A DNA stretch of 64,000 nt from Steroidobacteraceae bacterium (GTDB lineage Bacteria; Pseudomonadota; Gammaproteobacteria; Steroidobacterales; Steroidobacteraceae): assembly GCA_035606175.1 (NCBI GenBank), contig DATNFW010000092.1, forward strand, positions 502 to 64,501, read 5' to 3'. How positions within the stretch are numbered: position 1 is the stretch's first letter; each line of letters starts with the position of its first letter. The notes below the pieces were generated by a model. That model was given only the letters and a program-made list of their open reading frames with translations, searched no databases and was not told the origin of the DNA. A program made the translations under genes and the position numbers. Below, piece after piece: positions 37,865-47,719 of this stretch.

Positions 37865-39310
37865 ATGAGTACGACGAGCGTGAGAGCGCCCCTCCCCGTG
37901 CGCAATCCTCGCACCGGCGAGATCGACCTGTACATTACCCCCGCAACCGGGCCGGAGATCGCGGCGGTGTGCCGCCGCCTGAGGGCGGCGCAGCCGGCCT
38001 GGGGCGATGCACCGATCGAGCATCGTATCGCCGTGATGCGCCGCTGGGCGGAGCGTTTGAAGGCGCACCGCGCGGCGCTCGTCGAGGCGGACTCGACCGA
38101 CACCGGGGGTGGCCAGATCTCCCAGGTCGCGACCGATATGGTGATCGGCACGATCCTGCGCCTCGCCGCTCACGCACCGTCCCAGTTCCGGGATCTGCTG
38201 CGCGCGGGCAGGTCGCCTGCGATGCCGCACATCCAGTTCGACACGAATCTGAAGCCTTACCCGCTGCTCGGCGTGATCGGGCCGTGGAACGCGCCGCTCA
38301 TGCTCTCGACGCTGCACGCGATTCCGGCGCTCTTCGCCGGGTGCGCGGCGATCGTCAAACCGAGCGAAGTTGCGCCGCGCTTCGTGCGTCCGATGATGCA
38401 GACGATCGCCGAAGTGCCCGAGCTCGCGGAGGTGCTGACATTCGTGCTCGGGGATGCCGAGACCGGCCAGGCGATCGTCGAGCACGTCGACATCGTGAAC
38501 TTCACGGGCAGCGTGCCGAACGGTCGCAAGGTCGCCGAAGCCTGCGCGAAGCGCTTCATTCCGGCGATGCTCGAGCTCGGCGGCAAGGATCCCGTGATCG
38601 TGACCGGGAGCGCCGATCTCGAACGCGCCGCGACCGCCGTATTGCGCGGAGCGGTGACCAGCACCGGGCAGGTGTGCTTCTCGATCGAGCGCATCTACGT
38701 GCACGAGTCGGTGCACGATGCGTTTGTCGCGCGTCTGGTCGCCGAGTCCGCGCGCGTCGAGCTCAACTATCCCGATCCGCGCCGCGGCCAGATCGGGCCA
38801 TTCATTTCGGCGCGGCAGGCCGAGATCGTCGACGGCCATATCGACGATGCGCTCGCCAAGGGGGCGAAGCTCGCCTGCGGAGGCAAGTCCGTCACTCTCG
38901 GCGGCGGGCTGTACATGTACCCGACCGTGCTCATCGACGTAGACCACGACATGAGCATCATGCGCGACGAGACATTCGGGCCCGCGATGCCGGTGATGCG
39001 CTACTCGAGCGAAGAGGAGGCGATCCGGCTCGCGAACGATACCTATTACGGTCTCTCGGCTGCCGTCATCGCGGGAACCGAAATTGAAGCGCGCCGCATC
39101 GCCGACCGGCTGCAAGCCGGCGTCGTGAGCGTGCAGGATACCTTCCTAACATTTGCGGGGTTCGGCGTTGCCGAATGGCAGTCTTTCAAATTCTCCGGAA
39201 TGGGAGGCCGCGGCCCGGGGCTCGCCTCGTTCATGCGCAAGCAGGCCGTCCTCGTGAACACCGGTCGACCGGAGAGCCTGGTCGATGAGCCGCTGAAGGC
39301 GACCGCCTGA
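37865..39310 (+). CDS. NAD(P)-dependent aldehyde dehydrogenase
   Basis: Starts at MSTTSVRAPLPVRNPRTGE (ATG 37865, AGGAAA RBS). Catalytic motifs are LELGGKDP and GQVCFSIER. Confidence 0.85.
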   Translation: MSTTSVRAPLPVRNPRTGEIDLYITPATGPEIAAVCRRLRAAQPAWGDAPIEHRIAVMRRWAERLKAHRAALVEADSTDTGGGQISQVATDMVIGTILRLAAHAPSQFRDLLRAGRSPAMPHIQFDTNLKPYPLLGVIGPWNAPLMLSTLHAIPALFAGCAAIVKPSEVAPRFVRPMMQTIAEVPELAEVLTFVLGDAETGQAIVEHVDIVNFTGSVPNGRKVAEACAKRFIPAMLELGGKDPVIVTGSADLERAATAVLRGAVTSTGQVCFSIERIYVHESVHDAFVARLVAESARVELNYPDPRRGQIGPFISARQAEIVDGHIDDALAKGAKLACGGKSVTLGGGLYMYPTVLIDVDHDMSIMRDETFGPAMPVMRYSSEEEAIRLANDTYYGLSAAVIAGTEIEARRIADRLQAGVVSVQDTFLTFAGFGVAEWQSFKFSGMGGRGPGLASFMRKQAVLVNTGRPESLVDEPLKATA

Positions 39311-39338
39311 GCCGGCACTCTATTTGAGGAGCGCGACC

Positions 39339-39818
39339 ATGCACACCACCCCCGACGGCCGATATACGCACAGCGCACGTCGCCGCAACCTCTCGGCGCT
39401 TGCCTGGGCCGCGGCCGCACTGCCGCTCGCATTGCACGCGCTGCCCGCGCGTGCGGATGCGAGCGTGAAGTGCACGATGGACTTCACGATGAGGGGTTGG
39501 TCCGCGTTCTATCAAACAGCGACGGGTCACGGGGTCATTCGCTGCTCGAACGGCCGCTCGCTACGCGTGCGGCTCGAGGCGAAGGGGGGCGGCGTCACGG
39601 TCGGCAAGTCGGTCGAGAGCGGCCACGGGGAATTCTCCAGGGTATCGAGCATCGAGGAGACCCTCGGCAACTACGCGAGGGCCGAGGCCCACGCTGGAGC
39701 GGTCAAATCCGCCCAGGGCGAGGTGCTCACGAAAGGAGAGGTGTCCCTCGCGCTCAAGGCGAAGGGTCGCGGCTGGGAGCTCGGCGTCTCCTTCGGCGAG
39801 CTCAAGATCGAGCGCTGA
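39339..39818 (+). CDS. Small secreted hypothetical protein
   Basis: ATG 39339 is preceded by GAGGAG. The signal peptide ends at ...LPARADA, and the mature part is Gly/Lys-rich and beta-rich. I recognise no family. Confidence 0.55.
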   Translation: MHTTPDGRYTHSARRRNLSALAWAAAALPLALHALPARADASVKCTMDFTMRGWSAFYQTATGHGVIRCSNGRSLRVRLEAKGGGVTVGKSVESGHGEFSRVSSIEETLGNYARAEAHAGAVKSAQGEVLTKGEVSLALKAKGRGWELGVSFGELKIER

Positions 39819-39839
39819 CCGGTGCGCGCCCCGCGCTGA

Positions 39840-41066
<1,227 letters not shown>

Positions 41067-41075
41067 CCGGCGCGA

Positions 41076-41097
41076 CTCTCCTGTCGCTCTCCTGTCG
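41076..41097. repeat. Tandem direct repeat of the 11-mer CTCTCCTGTCG (two exact copies)
   Basis: Read directly from the sequence, 10 nt after the pobA stop. Confidence 0.85.
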
Positions 41098-41131
41098 ATT
41101 CAGGCGCTCTACAAGCGCGCTCATGAGATGG

Positions 41132-41161
41132 TTTACGCCCGGGGGGCGCCTGCCGTAGAAT
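41132..41161 (+). promoter_or_regulatory. Candidate sigma70-type promoter TTTACG-N18-TAGAAT
   Basis: The hexamers were read directly from the sequence. The element faces a non-coding GC-rich segment and the rimP operon. Confidence 0.4.
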
Positions 41162-41167
41162 GCGCGC

Positions 41168-41271
41168 CCTCGGTGGGTGGGGCGCCAGAGGCCTCGGCCC
41201 AGCCGGCGGTGCCGCGCGGTCCCGTCGGGTGCTCGTTGGTGGAAGCCCCCCCGAGGGGCTTTTCGTTTTTT
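41168..41271 (+). ncRNA. Candidate ~100-nt structured small RNA or leader RNA (unidentified family)
   Basis: The segment is bounded by the candidate promoter and a strong intrinsic terminator. It contains a hairpin GCGCCC/GGGCGC (41164-41185) and several GC palindromes. It has no credible ORF and no tRNA features. Confidence 0.3.
41243..41271 (+). terminator. Rho-independent terminator: AAGCCCC-loop-GGGGCTT followed by TTCGTTTTTT
   Basis: A 7-bp GC-rich stem followed by a T-tract, read directly from the sequence. Confidence 0.7.
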
Positions 41272-41326
41272 GGCCCCCTGACCGGGGGCCACGCCGGTGC
41301 GGCGGCGGGAAGTAGCTTTAGTGAAG

Positions 41327-41349
41327 TGGGCCCGTGACGGCCCATTTTT
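41327..41349 (+). terminator. Second rho-independent terminator: TGGGCC-CGTGAC-GGCCCA followed by TTTTTATTT
   Basis: A 6-bp stem followed by a T-tract, about 110 nt upstream of the rimP ATG. Confidence 0.6.
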
Positions 41350-41460
41350 ATTTGGGCGTTTATTCGGCGCGTATTGGAGCCGCCGCTCTGGTCGAGCGGG
41401 GCTGCAAGTGCTGCGAGGCGGCTCGCGGCAGGTAGTGGCAGCAGCAGGAGCTCGCGTGAC

Positions 41461-41916
41461 ATGGCGGCGGCCTTGCACGAACGGCTCGTCGCCCTCATTG
41501 AGCCATTGCTGGCTCAGTTGGGCTACGAGCTGGTCGATCTCGAGTACATCCCTGCGCGCGGGCGCGGGGCGCTGAGAATTTTCATCGACCGGCCTCAGGG
41601 CATCGGACTCGACGACTGTGAGCGCGTGAGCCGGGAGGTCGCGGCGCGGCTCGATGTCGAGGATCCCATTCCGACGGCCTATACCCTCGAGGTGTCCTCG
41701 CCGGGCGATGACCGGGTGCTGCGCACACGCGCGCACTTCGACCGCTTCGTCGGCTCGCGCGTGTTCGTCGAGCTCGCGGCGCCGCGGGAAGGCAGGCGCC
41801 GCTACACGGGCCTGCTGCGCTCGGTCGCCGATGAGGGGGTGGAGCTCGAGGTGGACCGGCAGATCGTCGAGGTGCCGTTCCGGGAGATCGGGAAGGCTCG
41901 TTTGGCGCCCGTTTGA
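41461..41916 (+). CDS. rimP: Ribosome maturation factor RimP
   Basis: Starts at MAAALHERLVALIEPLLAQLGYELVDLEY (AGGAG RBS). Its position immediately upstream of nusA is also diagnostic. Confidence 0.9.
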   Translation: MAAALHERLVALIEPLLAQLGYELVDLEYIPARGRGALRIFIDRPQGIGLDDCERVSREVAARLDVEDPIPTAYTLEVSSPGDDRVLRTRAHFDRFVGSRVFVELAAPREGRRRYTGLLRSVADEGVELEVDRQIVEVPFREIGKARLAPV

Positions 41917-41943
41917 GCCGCGAACGCGGAGGGTTTGTCAGCT

Positions 41944-43440
41944 GTGAACAAGGAAATTCTGATGGTCGTCGATGCCGTCTCGAACGAGAAGGGTGTCGAC
42001 AAAGAGGTGATCTTCGAGGCGCTCGAGGCCGCGCTCGCCTCTGCCACGCGCAAGAAATTCGGCGAGGAGTGGGACGTGCGCGTCGCGATCGACCGCAGAA
42101 GCGGCGATTACGAGACGTTTCGCCGTTGGAAGGTCTTTGCCGACGACTCGACGGAGCTCGAGGCACCCGAGCGCGAGCTGCGCCTGGATGATGCGTCCGA
42201 TCTCGATCCGAATGTGCAGCCCGGAGGATTCGTCGAGGAGCCGATGGAGTCGGTCGGGTTCGGGCGCATCGCCGCTCAGCAGGCAAAGCAGGTCATCGTG
42301 CAGAAGGTGCGCGAGGCCGAGCGCGCGCAGGTCGTCGATGCGTACAAGGACCGGGTGGGTCAGCTCGTGAGCGGCGTCGTCAAACGCGTGGACCGCAACG
42401 GTGTCTATGTCGATCTCGGCTCGAACGCCGAGGGGTTCGTCCCGCGCTCGGACATGATCCCGCGCGAGCAGGTCAAGCCGCAGGACCGCATCAAGGCATT
42501 CCTCAAGGAGGTGCGCTCCGAGCCGCGCGGGCCGCAGCTGTTCTTGACGCGCACGGCACCGGAATTTTTGATCGAGCTCTTCAAGCTCGAGGTCCCTGAG
42601 GTCGGTCAGGGTCTCATCCAGATCCTCGGCGCCGCGCGCGATCCGGGCGTGCGCGCGAAGATTGCCGTACGCAGCAGCGATCCGCGCATCGACCCCGTCG
42701 GCGCCTGCGTCGGCATGCGCGGCTCGCGCGTGCAAGCGGTCTCGAACGAGATTGCCGGCGAGCGCGTGGATATCATCCCCTACGATGACCATCCGGCGCA
42801 GTTCGTGATCAACGCGATGTCGCCTGCCGAGGTGATGTCGATCGTCGTCGACGAGGACAAGCACAGCATCGACATCGCCGTCGCCGAGGAGAAGCTCTCT
42901 CAGGCGATCGGCCGGGGCGGACAAAACATCCGCCTCGCGAGCCAGCTCACCGGCTGGGACCTCAACGTCATGAACGAGTCCGACGCCGAGGCGAAAAGCG
43001 AGAGCGAGGCGCGCGAGCTCGTGCAGACTTTCATGAAGCAGCTCGATGTGGACGAGGATGTCGCGACCATCCTCGTGCAGGAGGGCTTCTCGACGATCGA
43101 GGAGGTCGCCTACGTGCCGCAGGGCGAGCTAAAGGCGATCCAGGAGTTCGACGAGGAAATGGTGAAGGAGCTGCGCAATCGCGCGCGTGACGTGCTCCTC
43201 ACCCAGGCGATCGCAAGCGAGGAGACGCTCGATCAGTCGATGCCGGCCGACGACCTGTTGCTGCTCGAAGGCATGAGCCCGGATCTCGCGCTCGCGCTCG
43301 CGCGCCGTGGAGTGCGCACGCGGGAGGATCTCGCGGAGCAGTCCGTGGACGATCTCGCGGACATCGATGGGCTCGCCGCCGAGGAAGCGGGGCGCCTGAT
43401 CATGACGGCACGCGCACCATGGTTCGAGGCGGGCGGCTGA
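41944..43440 (+). CDS. nusA: Transcription termination/antitermination factor NusA
   Basis: The GTG start gives MNKEILMVVDAVSNEKGVDKEVIFEALEAALASATRKKF, collinear with the E. coli NusA N-terminus. S1 and KH domains and C-terminal acidic repeats are present. Confidence 0.95.
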   Translation: MNKEILMVVDAVSNEKGVDKEVIFEALEAALASATRKKFGEEWDVRVAIDRRSGDYETFRRWKVFADDSTELEAPERELRLDDASDLDPNVQPGGFVEEPMESVGFGRIAAQQAKQVIVQKVREAERAQVVDAYKDRVGQLVSGVVKRVDRNGVYVDLGSNAEGFVPRSDMIPREQVKPQDRIKAFLKEVRSEPRGPQLFLTRTAPEFLIELFKLEVPEVGQGLIQILGAARDPGVRAKIAVRSSDPRIDPVGACVGMRGSRVQAVSNEIAGERVDIIPYDDHPAQFVINAMSPAEVMSIVVDEDKHSIDIAVAEEKLSQAIGRGGQNIRLASQLTGWDLNVMNESDAEAKSESEARELVQTFMKQLDVDEDVATILVQEGFSTIEEVAYVPQGELKAIQEFDEEMVKELRNRARDVLLTQAIASEETLDQSMPADDLLLLEGMSPDLALALARRGVRTREDLAEQSVDDLADIDGLAAEEAGRLIMTARAPWFEAGG

Positions 43441-43464
43441 GTGGCGCCGTGCGAGGGTTGATTG

Positions 43465-46050
43465 ATGGCTGACGTAACCGTTTCACAATTCGCGCAGGTG
43501 CTGAAGGTGCCGGTCGATCGGCTGCTCGCGCAGCTCGATCAGGCGGGCATCAAAGTCGCAGGTCCCGAGGACCGCATCACCGATGAGGCGAAGCTCGAGC
43601 TGCTCACGCATCTCCGCCGCAGCCACGGAGCGGAGTCCGACGACGATGGCGCTCCGCGCCGAATCACACTGAAGCGCAAGACGCAGGGCGAGCTCCGGCT
43701 TGCGAGCGACAGGGGGCGCACTCGCACGGTCAACGTGGAGGTGCGCAGCACGCGCAAGTACATCAAACGGGACGTGCTCGAGGAGCGCGCGCGCCAGCAG
43801 CAGGAGGATTTCGATCAGCAGAAGCAGCGCGAGGCCGAGCAGGCGGCCCGCCTCGAGAGCGAGCGCATCGAAGCGGAACGGCGTGAGCGCGAGCGCATCG
43901 AGGCGATCGAGGCGGAGAACCGCCGTCGAATCGAGGAGGAGCAGAGCCGCAAGAAGGCGCAGGAGGAAGCGCGCCGCATCGCCGAGCAGCAGGCTCGCGA
44001 GGAGGCCGAGCGACACGACCGCGAGGCGCAGCGCCGAGCCGACGGGGAGCCTCAGCGCGCGGGCGCCGAGTCGCGCGTACGCGCAGCCGAGCGTGCACCG
44101 GTCGAGCGAGCCGCTCCCGAGGTGGCGCGCAGCGAGGAGGCGGGCGCTCGCGCGCAACCGACGCGTTACGGACGCGAGGAGCTGCACGTCGCGACGGACG
44201 TAAGCTCACGGTTCAAGAAGAAGAAGCGTGTCAAGGCGCGGCCGCTCGCGATGAGCGGCGACGGACGCCACGCCTTCGAGATGCCGACGGCTCCGGTCAA
44301 ACGCGCGGTATCCGTCGGCGAGACGATCACGGTCGCCGAGCTCGCGCAGAAGATGGCCGTGAAGGCGACCGAGGTCATCAAGGCGCTCATGAACATGGGC
44401 GTGATGGCGACCATCAATCAGCCGATCGACCAGGACACCGCCGTCCTCGTGATCGAGGAGCTCGGCCACACAGCGAAGATCCAGAAGGAGAACGAGATCG
44501 AGGCGGACTTGCAGGGTGTTCCCGGCGAGAGCGCCGAGATCGCGCCGCGTCCTCCTGTCGTGACGGTGATGGGCCATGTCGACCACGGCAAGACCTCGCT
44601 CCTCGATTACATTCGCCGCACCAAGGTCGCGGCGGGGGAGGCGGGCGGCATCACCCAGCATATTGGCGCGTACCAGGTGGAGACTGACAAGGGGACCATT
44701 ACCTTTCTCGATACTCCGGGTCATGCGGCCTTCACGGCGATGCGCGCACGCGGGGCGAAGGTGACCGATGTGGTCGTGCTCGTGGTGGCGGCCGATGACG
44801 GGGTCATGCCGCAGACGACCGAGGCGATCCAGCATGCGCGCGCCGCCGGCGTCCCCATCGTGGTCGCGGTGAACAAGGTCGACAAGAGCGACGCCGACCC
44901 GGATCGTGTGCGCACCGAGCTCTCCAAACAGGAGGTGATCCCGGAGGAGTGGGGTGGCCAGACGATCTTCGCGAACGTCTCGGCGCGCACCGGGGCGGGA
45001 GTGGAGCAGCTGCTCGAGGCGATCCTGCTGCAGGCGGAGGTCCTCGAGCTGCAAGCGCCGGTCGCGGGCCTCGCGGCAGGCGTCGTGATCGAGTCGAGCA
45101 TCGAGAAGGGGCGTGGCGCCGTCGCGACCGTGCTCGTGAAGAAAGGGACACTGAGGTTGGGCGACTCGATCCTCGCGGGCACGGAATTCGGCCGCGTGCG
45201 AGCGATGTTCGACGAGAGCGGCAGAGCCGTGCAGGAAGCGCCGCCCTCGATGCCGGTGGTCGTACTCGGGCTCTCCGGTGCGCCGAACGCGGGCGATGAG
45301 CTGCTCGCCGTGGAAAGCGAGCGCAAGGCGCGCGAAGTGGCGCTCTATCGACAGGGAAAGTTCCGCGACGTGAAGCTCGCCCGGCAGGCAACGCGTGCCG
45401 AGGACGTGTTCTCCCAGCTCGAGGCGGAGAAGGCCGGCGTCGTTGCGATCCTGCTCAAAGCCGACGTGCAGGGCAGCGTCGAGGCGCTGCGCGATGCGCT
45501 CGCGAAGCTCTCGACCGAGGAAGTGCAGGTGAAGGTGATCGCGAGCGGAGTCGGTGGGATCACTGTCTCCGACGTGCAGCTCGCCGCCGCCTCCAAGGCG
45601 CGCATCATCGGATTCAACGTTCGCGCCGATGCGGGTGCGCGCGATGCATTGAAGGATACGGGCGTCGAGGTGCGCTACTACAGCATCATTTACGAGGCCA
45701 TCGACGACGTCAAACAGCTGATGAGCGGCATGCTCCAGCCGGAGGTGAAGGAGCAGATCGTGGGCATCGCGCAGGTGCGCGAGGTGTTCCGTTCGAGCAA
45801 ATTCGGTGTGGTCGCCGGCTGCCTCGTCACCGAGGGCTACGTGCGCCGCAATCACCCGATTCGCGTGCTGCGCGATAACGTCGTGATCTTCGAGGGCGCG
45901 CTCGAATCGCTGCGACGCTTCAAGGACGACGTGAGCGAGGTGCGCGCCGGCACCGAATGCGGCATCGGAGTGAAGAACTATCAGGATGTGCGCGTCGGCG
46001 ATCAGATCGAGTGCTTTGCGCGCGTCGAGGTGGCGCGCACCGTAGCGTGA
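43465..46050 (+). CDS. infB: Translation initiation factor IF-2
   Basis: G-domain motifs [17 protein letters not shown] and NKVDK. Glu/Arg-rich N-terminal region. ATG at 43465, one codon after the listed TTG. Confidence 0.95.
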   Translation: MADVTVSQFAQVLKVPVDRLLAQLDQAGIKVAGPEDRITDEAKLELLTHLRRSHGAESDDDGAPRRITLKRKTQGELRLASDRGRTRTVNVEVRSTRKYIKRDVLEERARQQQEDFDQQKQREAEQAARLESERIEAERRERERIEAIEAENRRRIEEEQSRKKAQEEARRIAEQQAREEAERHDREAQRRADGEPQRAGAESRVRAAERAPVERAAPEVARSEEAGARAQPTRYGREELHVATDVSSRFKKKKRVKARPLAMSGDGRHAFEMPTAPVKRAVSVGETITVAELAQKMAVKATEVIKALMNMGVMATINQPIDQDTAVLVIEELGHTAKIQKENEIEADLQGVPGESAEIAPRPPVVTVMGHVDHGKTSLLDYIRRTKVAAGEAGGITQHIGAYQVETDKGTITFLDTPGHAAFTAMRARGAKVTDVVVLVVAADDGVMPQTTEAIQHARAAGVPIVVAVNKVDKSDADPDRVRTELSKQEVIPEEWGGQTIFANVSARTGAGVEQLLEAILLQAEVLELQAPVAGLAAGVVIESSIEKGRGAVATVLVKKGTLRLGDSILAGTEFGRVRAMFDESGRAVQEAPPSMPVVVLGLSGAPNAGDELLAVESERKAREVALYRQGKFRDVKLARQATRAEDVFSQLEAEKAGVVAILLKADVQGSVEALRDALAKLSTEEVQVKVIASGVGGITVSDVQLAAASKARIIGFNVRADAGARDALKDTGVEVRYYSIIYEAIDDVKQLMSGMLQPEVKEQIVGIAQVREVFRSSKFGVVAGCLVTEGYVRRNHPIRVLRDNVVIFEGALESLRRFKDDVSEVRAGTECGIGVKNYQDVRVGDQIECFARVEVARTVA

Positions 46051-46069
46051 TCCGCCACGGCCGCAGGCG

Positions 46070-46420
46070 ATGAGCGATTCGCGCCGGAGGAAGGTCGAGG
46101 GAGAGCTGCAACGCACCCTTGCGGCGCTCGTGAGCCGCGACGTGAAGGACCCCCGCGTCGGCAACGTGACGATCACGCACGTCGACGTCGCGCCCGATCT
46201 GAAGACGGCGCGGGTGTTCTTCGTGCCGTTCGCATCGAGCCACGACGTGGCCGAGGTGCGCGCCGGCCTCACGCGCGCGGCGGGTTTCCTGCGCGGCGAG
46301 GCAGGCCGCCGGCTCGGACTCAGATATGCGCCGCGGCTCGAGTTCCTCTTCGACGAGCGCATCGACGAGGCGGATCGGCTCACCAGGCTGATCGATCGTG
46401 CCGTCAAACCCAGGCAGTGA
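46070..46420 (+). CDS. rbfA: Ribosome-binding factor A
   Basis: 116 aa. Contains RV..E..R.L..L......DPR.....IT.V.V..DL..A.V.F and sits immediately after infB. Confidence 0.9.
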   Translation: MSDSRRRKVEGELQRTLAALVSRDVKDPRVGNVTITHVDVAPDLKTARVFFVPFASSHDVAEVRAGLTRAAGFLRGEAGRRLGLRYAPRLEFLFDERIDEADRLTRLIDRAVKPRQ

Positions 46421-47312
46421 CGCGAGCGGCATCCTGCTGCTCGACAAGCCCGAAGGGCTCTCCTCGAACGCGGCGCTGCAGCGCGTGAAGCGCCTGCTCG
46501 GCGCCTCGAAAGCCGGCCACGTCGGCAGCCTCGATCCGCTCGCGACGGGGATGCTGCCGATCTGTCTCGGGGAGGCGACGAAGGTCGCGGGGGAGATGGT
46601 CGGTGGCCGCAAGCGCTACGCATTCGACGTCGCGCTCGGCTCCCGCACCGACACGGGGGATCGGGAAGGAGCGGTGGTCGAGACCGCGCCCGTCCCGGAG
46701 CTCGAGCCATCGGCAGTCGAGCATGCCCTCGAGCGCTTCCGCGGTCGGCTCGCGCAAGTTCCGCCCATGTACTCGGCGCTTAAGCGTGGCGGCCAGCCGC
46801 TCTACCGCCTCGCTCGAGCCGGCATCGAGGTCGAGCGCGCACCGCGCGAGATCGAGATCGACTCGATCGGCCTCATCGCAATGCGCGGCAGCATCGCGAG
46901 CTTCGAGGCGCTCACCTCGAAGGGGACCTATATCCGCGTGCTCGCCGAGGACATCGCGCGCGCGCTCGGTACGTGCGGATACGTCATCCGCCTGCGGCGA
47001 CTCTCGGTCGCACCCTTCGAGCGCGAGCCGATGCAAGCACTCGAGGAGGTGGAGGCACTCTGCCGGACGGGTGGTCGTCCTCGGCTGATCCCGCCCGACC
47101 GCGCGCTCGCGACTTTGCCGCCGCTCGATGTGCCGGAGGCGGCGGCGCGGCGGCTTCTCAACGGACAGCCGATCGCGGCGGCGGGTCTCGCGAGCGGCCG
47201 CGTGCGTCTCTACGACGCGCTCGGTCGCTTCCTCGGCCTCGGCGAGGCGGACGGGCGCGGCACGGTCAGGCCGAAGCGGATGTTTCTTGTGGGTGAGGGG
47301 GGCAGCGGGTAG
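46398..47312 (+). CDS. truB: tRNA pseudouridine(55) synthase TruB
   Basis: [24 protein letters not shown]...[24 protein letters not shown] contains the catalytic Asp. The GTG start overlaps the rbfA 3' end by 23 nt. Confidence 0.9.
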   Translation: MPSNPGSDASGILLLDKPEGLSSNAALQRVKRLLGASKAGHVGSLDPLATGMLPICLGEATKVAGEMVGGRKRYAFDVALGSRTDTGDREGAVVETAPVPELEPSAVEHALERFRGRLAQVPPMYSALKRGGQPLYRLARAGIEVERAPREIEIDSIGLIAMRGSIASFEALTSKGTYIRVLAEDIARALGTCGYVIRLRRLSVAPFEREPMQALEEVEALCRTGGRPRLIPPDRALATLPPLDVPEAAARRLLNGQPIAAAGLASGRVRLYDALGRFLGLGEADGRGTVRPKRMFLVGEGGSG

Positions 47313-47315
47313 AAT
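47287..47315 (+). promoter_or_regulatory. Candidate rpsO promoter TTGTGG-N17-TAGAAT
   Basis: The hexamers were read directly from the sequence. The -10 overlaps the truB stop codon, and E. coli rpsO also has its own promoter after truB. Confidence 0.4.
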
Positions 47316-47371
47316 GCCGCGCCTCGACGAGACAGGGTAAAAGGCCCGGAAATGGCGGGAATATCAGCGCA

Positions 47372-47641
47372 ATGGCATTGAGCAGTGAGAAGAAGGGCGG
47401 GATCGTCGCGCAGTTCCGCCGCGATCCGGCCGATACCGGTTCGCCCGAAGTGCAGATCGCGCTCCTCTCCGAGCGCATCAACGGCCTCGGCGAGCATTTC
47501 AGCGCGCACAAGCGCGACCACTCTTCGCGCCGCGGCCTCGTGAAGCTCGTCAACCAGCGTCGCAAGCTCCTCGACTATTTGAAGTCGACGCAGCCCACGA
47601 AATATCAGGAGCTCGTCGAGCGCCTGGGGCTTCGCCGCTGA
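47372..47641 (+). CDS. rpsO: 30S ribosomal protein S15
   Basis: 89 aa. Contains [16 protein letters not shown]...HK.D.HSRRGL...V..RR.LL.YL. Confidence 0.95.
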   Translation: MALSSEKKGGIVAQFRRDPADTGSPEVQIALLSERINGLGEHFSAHKRDHSSRRGLVKLVNQRRKLLDYLKSTQPTKYQELVERLGLRR

Positions 47642-47651
47642 GCACTCCACC

Positions 47652-47684
47652 AAGGCCGCGCCGGAATCCATCCCGCGCGGCCTT
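47652..47684 (+). terminator. rpsO-pnp intergenic hairpin: AAGGCCGCGC ... GCGCGGCCTT followed by TGTCTTTCT
   Basis: A 10-bp GC stem begins 10 nt after the rpsO stop. Its position matches the rpsO terminator and RNase III processing region upstream of pnp in E. coli. Confidence 0.55.
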
Positions 47685-47719
47685 TGTCTTTCTCGCTTCC
47701 CGGAATTGAGGATCGAATC

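Noticed and set aside
41161-41271. Possible tRNA (metY equivalent) or SRP/4.5S RNA upstream of rimP
   Set aside because: There is no GTTCGAATC-type T-loop, no acceptor or CCA arrangement and no cloverleaf spacing. The 4.5S core GGUCCGGAAGGAAGCAGCC is also absent. I kept it only as an unidentified candidate RNA or leader.
41128-41337. A 69-aa ORF (MVYARGAPAVE...) in the pobA-rimP spacer
   Set aside because: It has no RBS, runs straight through two terminator hairpins and has a Gly/Ala/Pro-rich composition. It is most likely non-coding.
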